This document shows positions 39,071-51,550 of a DNA stretch of 64,000 bases, one piece after another. The stretch is from Eledone cirrhosa (Eukaryota). The translations under genes were made by a program, and so were the position numbers. Under the pieces are notes generated by a model that was not told the origin of the DNA, made no database searches, and worked only from the letters and a program-made list of their open reading frames with translations. The stretch lies in the NCBI GenBank assembly GCA_964016885.1, contig OZ024741.1, positions 71,424,001-71,488,000 on the forward strand. Reading direction: 5' to 3'. The stretch's first letter is position 1, and every line of letters starts with the position of its first letter.

Positions 39071-41742
39071 CACACACACACACACATTCTTAAACAATCA
39101 AATACAGCATGGTCGAATCGTTAAGAAGTTCGCTTCACAATAATAGTGCGTAGCATCTTGGACCATTTGGCTTTTACCATGGCCTTGAGCTGAAGCAGGC
39201 AGAGTTTTTAATCCAGCCAGCCTGGGGAATCCGGGCGACACTAGGAGACTGCCAAATGCTGAGCGACAGAAATGTTTTCACTATTCAGCTAAGTTTTAAT
39301 TTTCGTTCAATCTTTGTGCAGCGGCTATGCTTCAAATTTTTTTTTGGGGGGGGGGGGGGGGGGGGGGTTCACCCTAGCGGCCCAACCCGCCAGATACTGA
39401 CCAAATGCCTGTATGTTCAATCCATCTGTGCCTTTGGATTAACCCACGCCTTGTAAATAAAACTGGGTAGACGGAAACTGTAGAGACTCGTTGGATAGAT
39501 TATACCAGTAACTCAAAGGTCTAGCCTTTGTTATAATGAATCTCCCTGAGAATTATATTAAGAGCAGAATATACATGTATGTGGAATATTCAACCACTTG
39601 TGAATATTACAAATAAGCCATGCCATTGATTGAACTAGGATACTCAGCGTTGAAATCAACAATGATCTATTTACTTTTAAATAATCAGATATAAGCTTAG
39701 ATTATTGGGGCATTTTTGCTAACCTTGTTCATTTTATGGAACAACCCCAAAGGGGCAATGTAAAGATTCTAATAAAGAGAAATTAAGAAAATTGAAGGTA
39801 GTCGTACTGGTGTCACAACAATAAACGCCCAGTCCACTCTGTAAGGTGGTAGTACTGGTGCCACGAAAAAAAGCACCCAGTCCACCCAGTAAAGTAGTCA
39901 AACTGCCATCATGACAAAATGCACCTAGTACACTCTGTAAGGTGGTTGTCGTGAGGCAGGGTATTCTAACTATAGATAACCAAGCTAAAAACTGAGCGTA
40001 TGAACAAGATGTATTCATTTGACGTGTCTGGCCTCAAAACAGGACAGCCTGTCTAAACAATGCAAGCATGAAAAATAGACGTTTAACAGTGATGATGTTA
40101 TCTCAACTAGTGACACTCATAAAGTGTAAATATTATAGAACAGTATACAACAGCCAGTGCCGTCTTAAGACGTGTACACTGAACAATTGTCCAATACTAA
40201 TTTATGTATGCTGTGGTTGTGTATGTAGTGGCCCCAGTATACTGCTTTACCAGGGCACATTTAATTAAATATCATGGGATACCTCTACACAAATGATATC
40301 CTCATGATAGTCAAGACTGGAATATATTTAATAATAAAAGCAAACAATCTACCTATGTCTCAACTGGAATAAGTTATACATCCATACTACAACATAATAG
40401 GTTTTCTTAAGTGACATGACAGGTCCATATTTAACCCCTTTTTGTGCCAGGATTTCTAATAAGAATATACTGCCTTTGTGTTTTAAATACCAAAATAATT
40501 CAGAATTATGAAAAGTTTTGTGAAATAACACTTTCAACTCAGTAATTTATTTTCCTTACCCTAAGTAAGCCACTAAAATAGAAAGGATTACTGAGAATGG
40601 AAAAGGACAAGACAGAGAGAACATAATTCAAGGAGAGAGATGACAGATGCTGTTGCTTTTGATTTTTTTGCAAATTGTAGTAATCAGGAAAGCAAGAAGC
40701 TGGAAGAGATGTATAAGATGTGCATTTAGGAATTTCAACTGTAAATAGATAAAACCTAACCACCAATCTGGTGCTTCACCAGAACAATTCCTATGAAAAT
40801 ATTTATTAAAAAGGCAAAGAGAAGCAACATTTCAACAGTGTGATAGTGATTAAAGCTGACATGATAAGTCAGGACCAATAATGTTAGGGTGCATGGTAGG
40901 AGCACCAACAGTACTCTTTCCAAGATTGGCACAAAGCCAGCCATTTTAGGGAAAGTTGATTATATAGATTCCAGTATTTAACTGGTATACTTTATTTTAT
41001 CAACCCCAGAATGATAAAAGGCAAAGTTGAGCTCTATAGGATTTGAACTCAGAATGTAAAGGGCCATAACCAAATGCCACAAACTCTTTTGTCTGACTTT
41101 CTACAAATTTTGCTAATCAACCACACTCAACTTTCAACTTAATTAAAGACAAATATTTAATTACTGAAACCTTATATTATCTATTATGAAATAATATGAT
41201 ATCAGTCCAAGATTTGAATTTAACTCTGAACATTTTAAAAAAAGGTAGTTTTATATGGTTTGGGTTGTAACCCTTTTAATATGAACCTACCCAAAACCAC
41301 CAAGTTTAAAGGGTTCCTACTTGAATTAAAATCTTCCAACATTATTTGATATAATAACCTTTTAAGTTATATTACCTTGACCACTTTAGTAATAAAATAA
41401 TATTTTTAGTAATTCCATCCAAATTCTTCATTTATTAATTAAATACAATATATTTCATTGGGAACATGATAACAAAAGAGTTAAAGGGTTAGCAATCTGC
41501 ATGAAGAGACCCTGCCAAAATTAATATTACGGTCAGCTATAACCGAGTCTTTATTTAATTAATATCAGACATATCTATTCTATCTCACCTACACACTTAC
41601 CAATCTATCAACTTCTATGTTTATTTTATGTTTATTGTCCCACAAGAAAATAATTAAGTGGGGTTCTCAAAGAAAATGAGACATTTCAACATGGCACAAC
41701 AACAGGATTCGCTTTGCATTAGTTTCCTGCCATTCTTGAGAA

Positions 41743-41930
41743 ATAATTGTTTCTACTTTTGACACAAGGCCAGCAATTACCCAGTACATTACTGGTACTT
41801 TATTTTATCGACCCCGTAAGGATGAAAGGCAAAGTTAACCTTGGAGGGATTTGAACCCAGTCCGTAAAGGGACGTAACTCTATGCTAGAAAGCATGGCGT
41901 CCGAACCTCTACTGATACTGCCAATCCATG
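41743..41930 (-). mobile_element. SINE family A copy
   Basis: Reverse complement of 25143-25336; further copies near 40930, 43250, 44280, 52125-52990. Confidence 0.8.
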
Positions 41931-42207
41931 AGAAATAATGGTGAAACTTATGTCCTTTGAACAAAAAGATGTGAAGTATGAACAATATGTTAAGTACCAC
42001 TGCACAATAATTGATGCTATTTTGTAAACACTAACAAGCACCAGTGTACTAAATATCATTTATTTAAGATCAGAAGCTGCTGCTGTAAACCTAACAATTA
42101 CAGCAATAATGTTGCAAGTGGAAGAAGAAAAAAAACAAAAAAAAAACAAAGACAAGAGAAGACTAAGGTGTAGAATTTGAAAAAGAGACATTTTTATCAT
42201 AGCAATA

Positions 42208-42828
42208 TATGAGAGTGGGTTGAAAAGTTCATAGGCATACTATGAAGGAGTGATGCTAGAGCTGTGAAATTTTGCATGCATTAATTTCAACTCTTCTCAA
42301 TAACTGCATCGTTTCTTTTCAGGAAAAGTGACTGTTCAAAGAAGACTTCAAAACTAACTAGTAGTGGCTGCTCTTGAAAATGGACAAAATTTGGCATAGT
42401 GGTGTTATCAAGTCCCTGCAGAAAAAGGGTTTAGTCCCCAAGTACATTCATGCTGACATGGTTGCTACATTAGGGGATGTTAATGCTCTAGCTTTATCAA
42501 CAGTGCAAAAGTGAGCAGCTGAATTTAGGAGAGGAAGGGAAGGTCTGGAAGATGACCCAAAGTTTTGATGTCCTACAACTGCCACCACCGAGGAAAACAT
42601 TGAGATGGATGACAGGCAATTGACTATAAATCAACTTGCCAATGCTATTAGCATATACCATCAGAAAGTTGAAAATATTCTGCACAATGAACTTGGCACA
42701 ACAAAGATTTCTGCTCAATGAGTGCCACATCTGACACCTAATCAAAAGTGTACCAGGTTGATCACATCACAGGAAAACTGACATTGTTTGAGAGAGATCC
42801 AGCTGATTTACTTGAATGTTTCCTAACA
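42208..42828 (+). mobile_element. Mariner transposon 5' fragment, degenerate
   Basis: TIR-like TATGAGAGTGGGTTGAAAAGTTC. Broken ORF MDKIWHSGVIKSLQKKGL..IHADMV..LGD, with EFRRGR..LEDDP and a (W)VPHL-like motif. Confidence 0.75.
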
Positions 42829-43444
42829 TTTGTTATTTTCCTCTTTTCTGTTCACTCTCATGGTCATGGTGCTTTGATTGAAGGAAAACAATGAAGGGTA
42901 GAAAGTACCTTTTTAGTCTTAAGAGGTTCACGCAGCCTAACTAATGCTGGTGCCATGATAAAGTACACCTAGCACACACTCTATAAGGTGATCAGTGATT
43001 AAACAGAGACAATGTAGGATTACTAGGACTCCTTCGTCTTGTTAATGGTATAACAATATCACTGGTGTCGCTGCTATGAAAAAAATGCACCAAGTACACT
43101 AAGTAAATCAAGCTAAAAGTGGAGGATACAAGTGAGATGCATCTCTCTGGCCCATCTATAAATTTGACAACATGTCTAATACACCAACTTATGCCAACAC
43201 AGAAGGTGAATGTAAAATGATAATCATCATGATCATAATAATAATAAATAAGATGATTTCTGGCATTGGTACACAGTCACACATTTGGGGAGGGGAGAAA
43301 ACAGTCAATTAGATCAACCACAGTATTTTACTGGTATGTATTTTATCGACTCTGGAAAGATGATAAAGTTGACCTCAGTAAGATTCAAACACTGAATGTA
43401 AAAGTAAACAAATACCACAAGGCATTTTTCCCATCAGTCTACAC

Positions 43445-43480
<36 letters not shown>

Positions 43481-43734
43481 ATATGGAAATATGGTTAAAA
43501 TTCCAAAGGAGGTCACTCTTCATTTTGGCTAACTCGCAGTCATGAGACTCATTAATTATAATTTGGTGACCTAAATATAATCATGTGTATCCAGTTTAGA
43601 ATAGGTTCACCATGTCACTGCGTGTCATAAGAAGCAATTAACATGGTTAGGTTAGGATGCGTATTTGGTTGTAAAACATTACCTCCAAAAACCCCATCCA
43701 GCAGGGAAAAATCAACATAAAAACGATGATAATG

Positions 43735-43799
<65 letters not shown>

Positions 43800-44559
43800 G
43801 TAGGAGTAGCAACAGATAGTAACTTCAGCAATGTAATACAAAAAATATTACACTTGAACTTGGTATTGAATACTTTTCCCTCTTGTCTGTGTGTGTGAGT
43901 ATATATATATATATATATTATTAATATAAGAAGGTCACCTTCACCAACATGACCCTAGCAAAATTACCAGCATAAAAAAAAAAAAACAATTTTAAAAAAT
44001 AAAGACATCTCTAACAAAAAGAGAATCACAAATACATGATGGGTTGTAAAGAAAAAAAAAAGAAAAGAAAAAAAACAAAAAATGATACTGGATATCAGAC
44101 AATTTCAGTAGTATTTTTTCCTACTAAATTTTACCATGCTGAAAACTAAAACTCAATTATATAAAAATCTAGAAGGTACAATATATGAACGTATAGAACC
44201 ATAACTCCTAGCAGAGCCAATCCCTCTCCAGGTTTGAACACAACCGATTTCTTCCAAAGAAGGAGAGGGTGAGGGTGAGAAAGAGACATAATGGGAGAAT
44301 CAACCCCAATACTGGGCTGGTATGTTTTTTTATCAACCTCAAAAGGATTAAAGGCAAAGTTGACCTCACCGAGATTTGAACTCAAACAGCCTTACTGCAA
44401 AGCATTCAATCTGACATTCTAATCATCTTCTTTGTCCACATTTTAGTGATTCTTTCCTTAGACATTCTAACCATGTCCATAGTAGCAGAACTGTGATCTC
44501 CAAATTCAGTGAAGGAGCGGCTCAACCTCGAGTGACTCTTTGAGTTATTTATTATTGAG

Positions 44560-45335
44560 TAACATTACTCCCAAGACCCTTCAGAGGAACCCAATTTCAG
44601 CTGCTTGCATTTGTATTCTTTTCATCATTACCCAAGATTCATGACCATAGATAAGGGATGGCATGACCACCAAATTGAAGTTAGCAAGTTTGGCTTTTAC
44701 ACCTACCTCATTTCTTTTTATGACCAAATGCAGAAGCTGGCCCATTACTACACTAGCTTCTGCAATTCTTGCATTCAATTCAGCGATCTGCCTTCCATCA
44801 CTCATCAACACGGCCCTAAGATAATTGAACTTCTCCACCTACATTCACATGTAGAGTTCACTGCGAAGGCTTCCTTGAGAGGACGAGTCTCAGTTTTTGC
44901 AGCACTGATTTTCATTCCTGACATACAGCACTCAGCATCAAACCTATCAAGTGCATGTTGGAGACTTTCTCCTAACGAGTTCAATAATCCCATGTCTGCA
45001 AATACCAGCCGACTAATCCTACACCTGCCAATCATGATACCATTTTCAACCCAGCTGCACATGTCAATCCTGTCCATGAAGATTATGAACTGGAGAGGTG
45101 ACAGTATGCACCCTTGGCAGAGACCAACACTCACATTGAATTGTTTTGACTTAGCACCATTTATTCAAACACAAATAGTAAGGCATTTGTATAAAGACAT
45201 CAGAGCAACAAGAAGCTGTCCATACTCCTGCAGAACCTTCCACAACAGGTTTCATGGAATGCAGTCATATGTCTTTTCAGAGGTCTATGAAACAAGCATA
45301 TACCTGTTAGCTCTGACGAAAATTCTCACAACCCA
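44560..45335 (-). mobile_element. RTE-like LINE RT fragment
   Basis: GLCQGCILSPLQFIIFMD...LVFAD and FNYL...LIYGHESW motifs. Confidence 0.8.
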
Positions 45336-46679
45336 GTGATATAGCTATGGCAAGGCCAGTAAAGGTCACCTCTAAAATAAAAAAGCCTAGGCTTCGCAGT
45401 TCTGAAAAAAGTACCAAATTAGTGACTGGTACAAATATAGGACCACGAAAACACACTGACATTCTAATGACTCAGCCAATTCACTGTCTCGGACAATATT
45501 ATAAACTATATCTTAGTTAACATACCTAATTTTAGTGAGTGAAATGCACTCAACATTATCTGACTTTTTTTTTTTTATCTCTTAATCAGAGTACAAAGTG
45601 CAGTACTTATGATTCTTCTTTGGAGACTTTCATTATAGGGGGGGAGGAAAGAGAAAAGTATGCCCAAACTAGAAGCCTGGCCTGAATGTTTGCAACAAAA
45701 TAGACTTTGTGAAAAGCACCCAATGACTGGGTGGTGGTGTTAACTCTTAACAACTAGTAATGGTTTAGCAGAAAATATCTAAAAATGGGTTTGTGTATTC
45801 AAATGTTTGTAGCATCTTTACTAGTTGACAGATTTGGTGAAAACTTGTAATATCAAAGTAAGGACTGTTCAAGAATATCTTGCTAATGTGGCTTCATGTG
45901 GTTTGGTAATTCAAATGTTTATAGTATCTTAGTATTATTGCCAGTGGATAGATCACTGAACATTTATAAAGACTATTTTTTTATGCGACACAATTGTAGA
46001 TTTGTTTTATGCTTTTCAAGAATGTCTTGCTAATATAGTTTCTATTGTTTATTCATTCAAATGACTGTAGTATCTTCTCTTGTGGACAGAATAAAACTGG
46101 TTGACATTTTTCTCCCAACTCTTTCACTCACTGAGACTCATCTATCTCATTCTCTCATTCATATCACTGGCTCTCTTCTATCATCAGCTCTCCTGTTGTT
46201 CTCTCCTCTATCACTCTCTATCATGTAGCTTCTCTTAAATCTTAACAACAAGCATCATGTAGCTGTCTGTCATGTACTTTCTTTTCATATCAACTACCGA
46301 CAACCATTTTATAGCCATATATTCACATACACACTCTCTCTCTCTCTCTCTTCTATTATACTCCTGTTTTTCCTCTGCTCGCCCTTCTGTCAGCTCTCAA
46401 CTTGTTCTTATAGCAAGCCATTTTTGTACACTCCCTCTTCCTCCTAACCAGTTCTGTAGAAAGGAAAGGACAAATGAGCCAAACACCTTAACCACTAAGC
46501 TACATGCTTTCACAGATACATATATAACTATACACTCACATAAATACACACACAATGGCCACAAATTGGTAGAGTTGTTAGATCATTGGATTGAATGCCT
46601 TCTGACATATGTTCCAGCTCTCTGGGTTTTGAGTCCAAATCTCATCAAATTCAACTTTCAAGGTAAATACAGTACCATT

Positions 46680-47555
46680 ACATTCCACATCCAACAAAAC
46701 ATGGTTGTTTCATTTCTCTCCAGTCTATGCATGTCCTCTGCAGTCACAGCCCATGTTTCACTACCATGCAGCATCGTGCACTGCACACAGGCGTCATACA
46801 GCCTTCCTTTTTTATGTAGGGAGAAACCTTTTGTTGTCAGCAGTGGGAGTAGTTCTATAAACTTCTTCTATCCTATTCTTATTCTAGCTATTATACTCTC
46901 GCTGCACCCTCCTCCACTGCTAATTAGGTCACCTAGATAGCAAAAGCAATCAACCACGTCTATGGATCTTTCCTGTCACTAGCAAAAGTTTATATAAGCA
47001 CTCTTCCCCTCAATTTCTCCTGCGCATTTTCTATGGTCAAAGTTCTCCCTTTCTTTTAGTCTACTCATCCCACTACATCTTTTGTGTAACCAAGATTTAT
47101 ATTGTGTACATTGTATGGAGTTTATGCTTACTTCTTTACATATTGAGCATGGCCACTTCCCTGGGGGAATCTGGGTCCTCCTACTCACAAGCACTTTAGT
47201 TTTGGCTAAATTTACTCTCAGACCTTTTGATTCCAAAATCTGTTTCCATAATCAGAATTTATTTTCTAGTTCTTGGGATTTCAGCTATACTGTCTACCGT
47301 TTCTACAGAGCCCTCCCAGAGTTTGGTAGTGCTTGTTTCCTGTGGCTGTTTGCAGCATACTGTCCCAGTGCAGCTGCTACATGTAAAGTCTACATTCCTA
47401 ACTAAGCTTCCTGAGACCCCACTACATCTCGTGTACCCATAGTTTGCATTTGGGGTAGAGGATATAATTCCTACCTACACCTTTCCTACATACTGAGCAA
47501 GGCCATTTCCCTGAGGGGATCTGGGTTCTGTTTTCTCATCTACTTACAAGGACCT
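46680..47555 (-). mobile_element. RTE LINE fragments (same family as 29-30 kb)
   Basis: ESKGLRVNLAKTKVL...KWPCSIC...LHKRCSG. Confidence 0.75.
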
Positions 47556-47585
47556 TAGTCTTTGTCAGGTTGACTTTGAGACCCT

Positions 47586-47586
47586 T

Positions 47587-47659
<73 letters not shown>

Positions 47660-47693
47660 GCACACACACATATATATACATATAAACATATAA

Positions 47694-47724
<31 letters not shown>

Positions 47725-47737
47725 CATAAACATATAA

Positions 47738-47768
<31 letters not shown>

Positions 47769-47817
47769 CATAAACATATAAACACACACACACACATATA
47801 TACATATAAACATATAA

Positions 47818-47848
<31 letters not shown>

Positions 47849-47930
47849 AACACACACACACACACACACATATATAAACACACACACATGTATATATATA
47901 TATTCATATACATATATATATATATATATG
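47586..47930. repeat. Compound (TA)n/(CA)n minisatellite
   Basis: Repeated TATACATAAACATATAAA(CA)n units. Confidence 0.9.
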
Positions 47931-47934
47931 GTGG

Positions 47935-48540
47935 CTGCCAACTCGTTTTCGAGTACGGCCACTACTTTATATCCATCTAGGAGAACCCCTACCGATGCGC
48001 TGAACAAGCGTGACTTTTTAGTCCAACCTGATACTTGAAAACTCTGGTACAAACACTACACTTGTGACAATTATTGACAGTGCTGGACCCATGGTACCAT
48101 GTGACAGCAAGTGCAGAGAGATCTCCAGATATAAAGCAATGCCTGTGCCGTGAAGCTTTTATAGTGAGAAAAGGCACTGCACAAAGCCAGTCCCACTCTC
48201 TTAACCAAGATGATATTTACCAAAAAGAAGAACAAGTTAACATCATTGGGTACCATCAGAGTTGCAGGTGTTATATCAGAGTTTTCCTTCTCCTAGAATT
48301 CTGCCTTGACAAAGGCTAAGGGGTCATCTCTCCCGGTGATTTTGGATGGCCATTGACTCTTAAGAGCTCCTTTGCCCTTTGACAGGTTTTGTTTTTAGTC
48401 CTGCAGGATGTCCAAAGTCACCCTTCTCACCAAGAAACCTTGGTGGGGTTGCCAGTTTAGTCGCCAACGACCTGACCATGAGACAGGTTGTACTGGGATA
48501 CATGTTACCAGTAGCACCAACTGGTGACCTGACCTGACCA
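47935..48540 (-). mobile_element. Internally deleted RTE-type LINE (5' UTR joined to C-terminal zinc-finger end)
   Basis: HKCSVCTRVFKYQVGLKSH resembles the terminal C2H2-like motif of RTE ORFs. Confidence 0.5.
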
Positions 48541-48633
48541 TACATACATACATACATACATACATACATACACACATACACACATATATATATATATATA
48601 TATACGTATATATATATATATATATATACATAC

Positions 48634-48666
<33 letters not shown>

Positions 48667-48835
48667 CATATATGTAGGAGGTGAGTAATATTGTAGAACA
48701 ATAAAACTATGCATATATCAGATAAGTAGCACTCAACAATTGGTAGAATTGGAGTATATATAAAGAAGAAATTAAATATGTTGACTGGACACTTTCTTGT
48801 TCACAAGTGTTTTTAGGCCTCATATCATGTTACCT

Positions 48836-48905
48836 TATTTTATCTGATGAGAACACAATTTTTGTCCCGGGATGATGATGTTTTCGAAATGCGCATAATA
48901 AAATA
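48836..48905 (+). ncRNA. Type I hammerhead ribozyme with long stem II insert, inside an inverted-repeat-bounded element (~48755-48950)
   Basis: TATTTTAT-CTGATGA-GAACA...TGTTTTC-GAAA-TGCGCA-TA-ATAAAATA. 8-bp stem I, G10.1-C11.1 pair, ATGCGCAT palindrome, AUA triplet (cut after 48897). Confidence 0.8.
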
Positions 48906-48967
48906 TATGGAACTTTTTTAACCATCTTTTAATTTCTTCTTTATATATACATACATATATATATACA

Positions 48968-49165
48968 TATGTGTATCCCAGGTTCAATCGGGAGTAACCC
49001 CAGTAAGAAAGGTACTCAATACATAGAGTATAAATATTTAATATAGAAATGGCTCCTACAGATCTAGAACTGTCTCATTCAAAGGAAATCATCAGGAAAG
49101 CCTGATGATTTCCTTCGAATGAAACAGTTCTAGTCCTGTAGAAGCCATTTCTATATTAAATATAT
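48968..49165. mobile_element. Head-to-head inverted Penelope pseudo-LTR-like pair with two hammerhead motifs (49051-49102 minus; 49101-49146 plus)
   Basis: ...AAATCATCAGG AAAG CCTGATGATTT... inversion centre; arms homologous to 31658-31795. Confidence 0.75.
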
Positions 49166-49169
49166 ATAT

Positions 49170-49317
49170 ATATTTATTAAAATAACAGATTAAAGTTTAA
49201 GCAAAGAATCGCTGCTTTCACCCTTATCTGGATCTTCTGAAACGTTTCAGAAGATCCCGTTAAGGGTGAAATTAGTGATTCTTTGCTTAAACTTTAATCT
49301 GTTATTTTAATAAATAT
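49170..49317. repeat. 148-bp near-perfect palindrome centred on GAAACGTTTC
   Basis: ATATTTATTAAAATAACAGATTAAAGTTTAAGCAAAGAATC ... GATTCTTTGCTTAAACTTTAATCTGTTATTTTAATAAATAT; centre at 49243/49244. Confidence 0.9.
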
Positions 49318-49609
49318 TTGCTCTACGGTTTTTATATATATATATATTATCCTTAGAAATCCTTGTAGAAATCAAGCCAGAATCAGTTCTTGTATGAGCA
49401 AGACAAGGACAGCCGACTGGACACTGCCCACAACAGGACAACCCCTCTAACCCATGCTAGCGTGGAAGAACGGACATAAAATGATGATGATGATATACGC
49501 AATCAGTCATCCAACATATGCACATACAGACATATTTACATACAGACACATATACATACATACAGCGATGCATGCTTACATACACACACAAACATATATA
49601 TATATCTGT

Positions 49610-50925
49610 CAAAAGCCTTCTTTAGATCAACAAAACCTAAATATAGTGGCTTATTTTTGGCTAGGAACCTTTCTTGTAGTTGCCTCACTAAGAAGAGGGT
49701 ATCTGTAGTACTTTTTCCAGGCATGAAAAAAAAACTGCATCTCATCTATTTTGACTCTTTCCCTAATTAGCTGCGCTGTAACTCTTTCTGTTACTTACAT
49801 AATTTGATCCATTAGTTTTATTCTTCTATAGTTGCTTTTTTCAAGAGAATCACAGAGATTGTACTGCTGCACCAGTCATTGGGTATGACTCTTGTATTAC
49901 TTGATTTACTGTAGGAGTTACTAGTTTGACTCCTACCTCTCCAGATGCTTTTAGCTTTACCATTCTTCATCTCCTTGATTGTGACTTTGACCCTAAAACT
50001 TAACTTCCAATAGCTGGTCCTTCCTTTGGGTAAGTTGGGGGTAGTTTCTCTTCCTACCATTCATTCTCTACATTCATCAATCTCTCATAGTAACATTTCC
50101 AGGCCTCTTTCTTTTGGGCATCAGTGGTGCTAAGTACACCAGCATAATTTCTAACACATTTTTCTCCAACATCTCAATTCAAACTAACACACTACCTTGC
50201 AATATGGAAAACTTCATGCCTCAAGACATTGGCAAATTTACTTTCTTCAGACTCACCCAGAGCTCTGTATACCTGTCCAAGCTGTGTATACCTGTCGCCA
50301 AGTTTCTTTCTTAACTAATTGGTACCGGTCTCTGCTACCCCCCATTTTTCCAGTCTTTCCATGCCTGTCTCATGGTTTTACTGGCTCTTTCTACTGAGCT
50401 GTTCCAGCCGGAAGTCTCACCAGTAAAGAATTTCCAGTTGTCCTCTACATTATATGTATCTAGCTCATCATCCCTCTCATCAAGTGCATCCTATGGGAGC
50501 CTTTCTAAACCTATATTTAATCGAGACATCCTTTAGCTTCCAAACCCTCCATCCATATTTTCCTGTGTGTCTTATTCTGTTTTTTGTTTATTTTGATGTC
50601 ACTAATAACTAACTTGTGCTAGGCAGTGCATTCTTCCCCAAGGAGGGCCTTAGTATTTATTACAGTCTGTTTGTCTGTTCACTTGATTGATATGAGATCA
50701 GGTGGTTGGCTGGTTTTCTGAAGTTTGTGTTGCAAATGGTTAGTTCATTAGCATCACAGAATTCCAAGAGTCTCAGCCCTTCTTCATTCCTTGAGCCATA
50801 ACCATAGCTGCCATAAACTCTGCTGAATCCATCCTGATACTGTCCAACATGTCCATTGAAGTCGCCTGCTAGAATGATGAAGTCTCTTTCGTCAGTACCT
50901 AAGTTGTCTGTAAAATTCTTCATGG
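49610..50925 (-). mobile_element. RTE LINE endonuclease and RT N-terminal fragments
   Basis: IILAGDFNGHVG...NEEGLRLLEFC (APE) and FMPGKSTTD...FVDLKKAFDR (RT). Confidence 0.85.
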
Positions 50926-51009
50926 AACCTGCCTTTTTTCTTCTTTACAGTCCTGCCAGCAGAACATAGGTATGTAGATATTTATATATATATATATATA
51001 TATATACAT

Positions 51010-51550
51010 ACTAGCTGACCCGTCCGGCTGGCGCCCGGTAGGTATACCTGCCCCCACCACTCCAAAGATACCACACACCCTCCCGTGTCACATTGTCCTT
51101 CCGACTCTCTCTCTCTGAATAACTAACACTTTAATTGTATCTCTCTCTCTGTATAACGGCCTATCTCTTTTCCCCTCCCTCTGTTTTTCTGTCTCTCTCT
51201 GTAGATGTGTGTGTGTGGTTTTCCTAATCTTTCTCTCTCTCTGTATATATTGAAGGGAGATGCGGAAACTAAAACAGTGTTGTCATATAGAGAGAGAGTG
51301 AAGAGCGACAGAGAGAGTAAAGCAGTTAAATTATAGAGAGGGTGAAAGAGAGAGAGACGACGCTCAACTTTATAATATTTGAGAGTGAAGAGCGACAGAG
51401 AGAGTAAAGCAGTTAAATTATAGAGGGGGAATGATCTATTATAGAGAGAGGGAAGAGCGACGGAGAGAGTAAAGCTAACAAACTATAGGGAGGTGTGTAG
51501 GATACATACATACCATAATACACACGACACTCAGCTTTATAATATTATAT
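51010..51550 (-). mobile_element. Non-autonomous Helitron-like element
   Basis: Minus-strand 5' end ATAATATTATAAAGCTGAG; 3' end GC hairpin CCGGGCGCCAGCCGG followed by CAGCTAG-T; internal GA-rich duplications. Confidence 0.6.
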
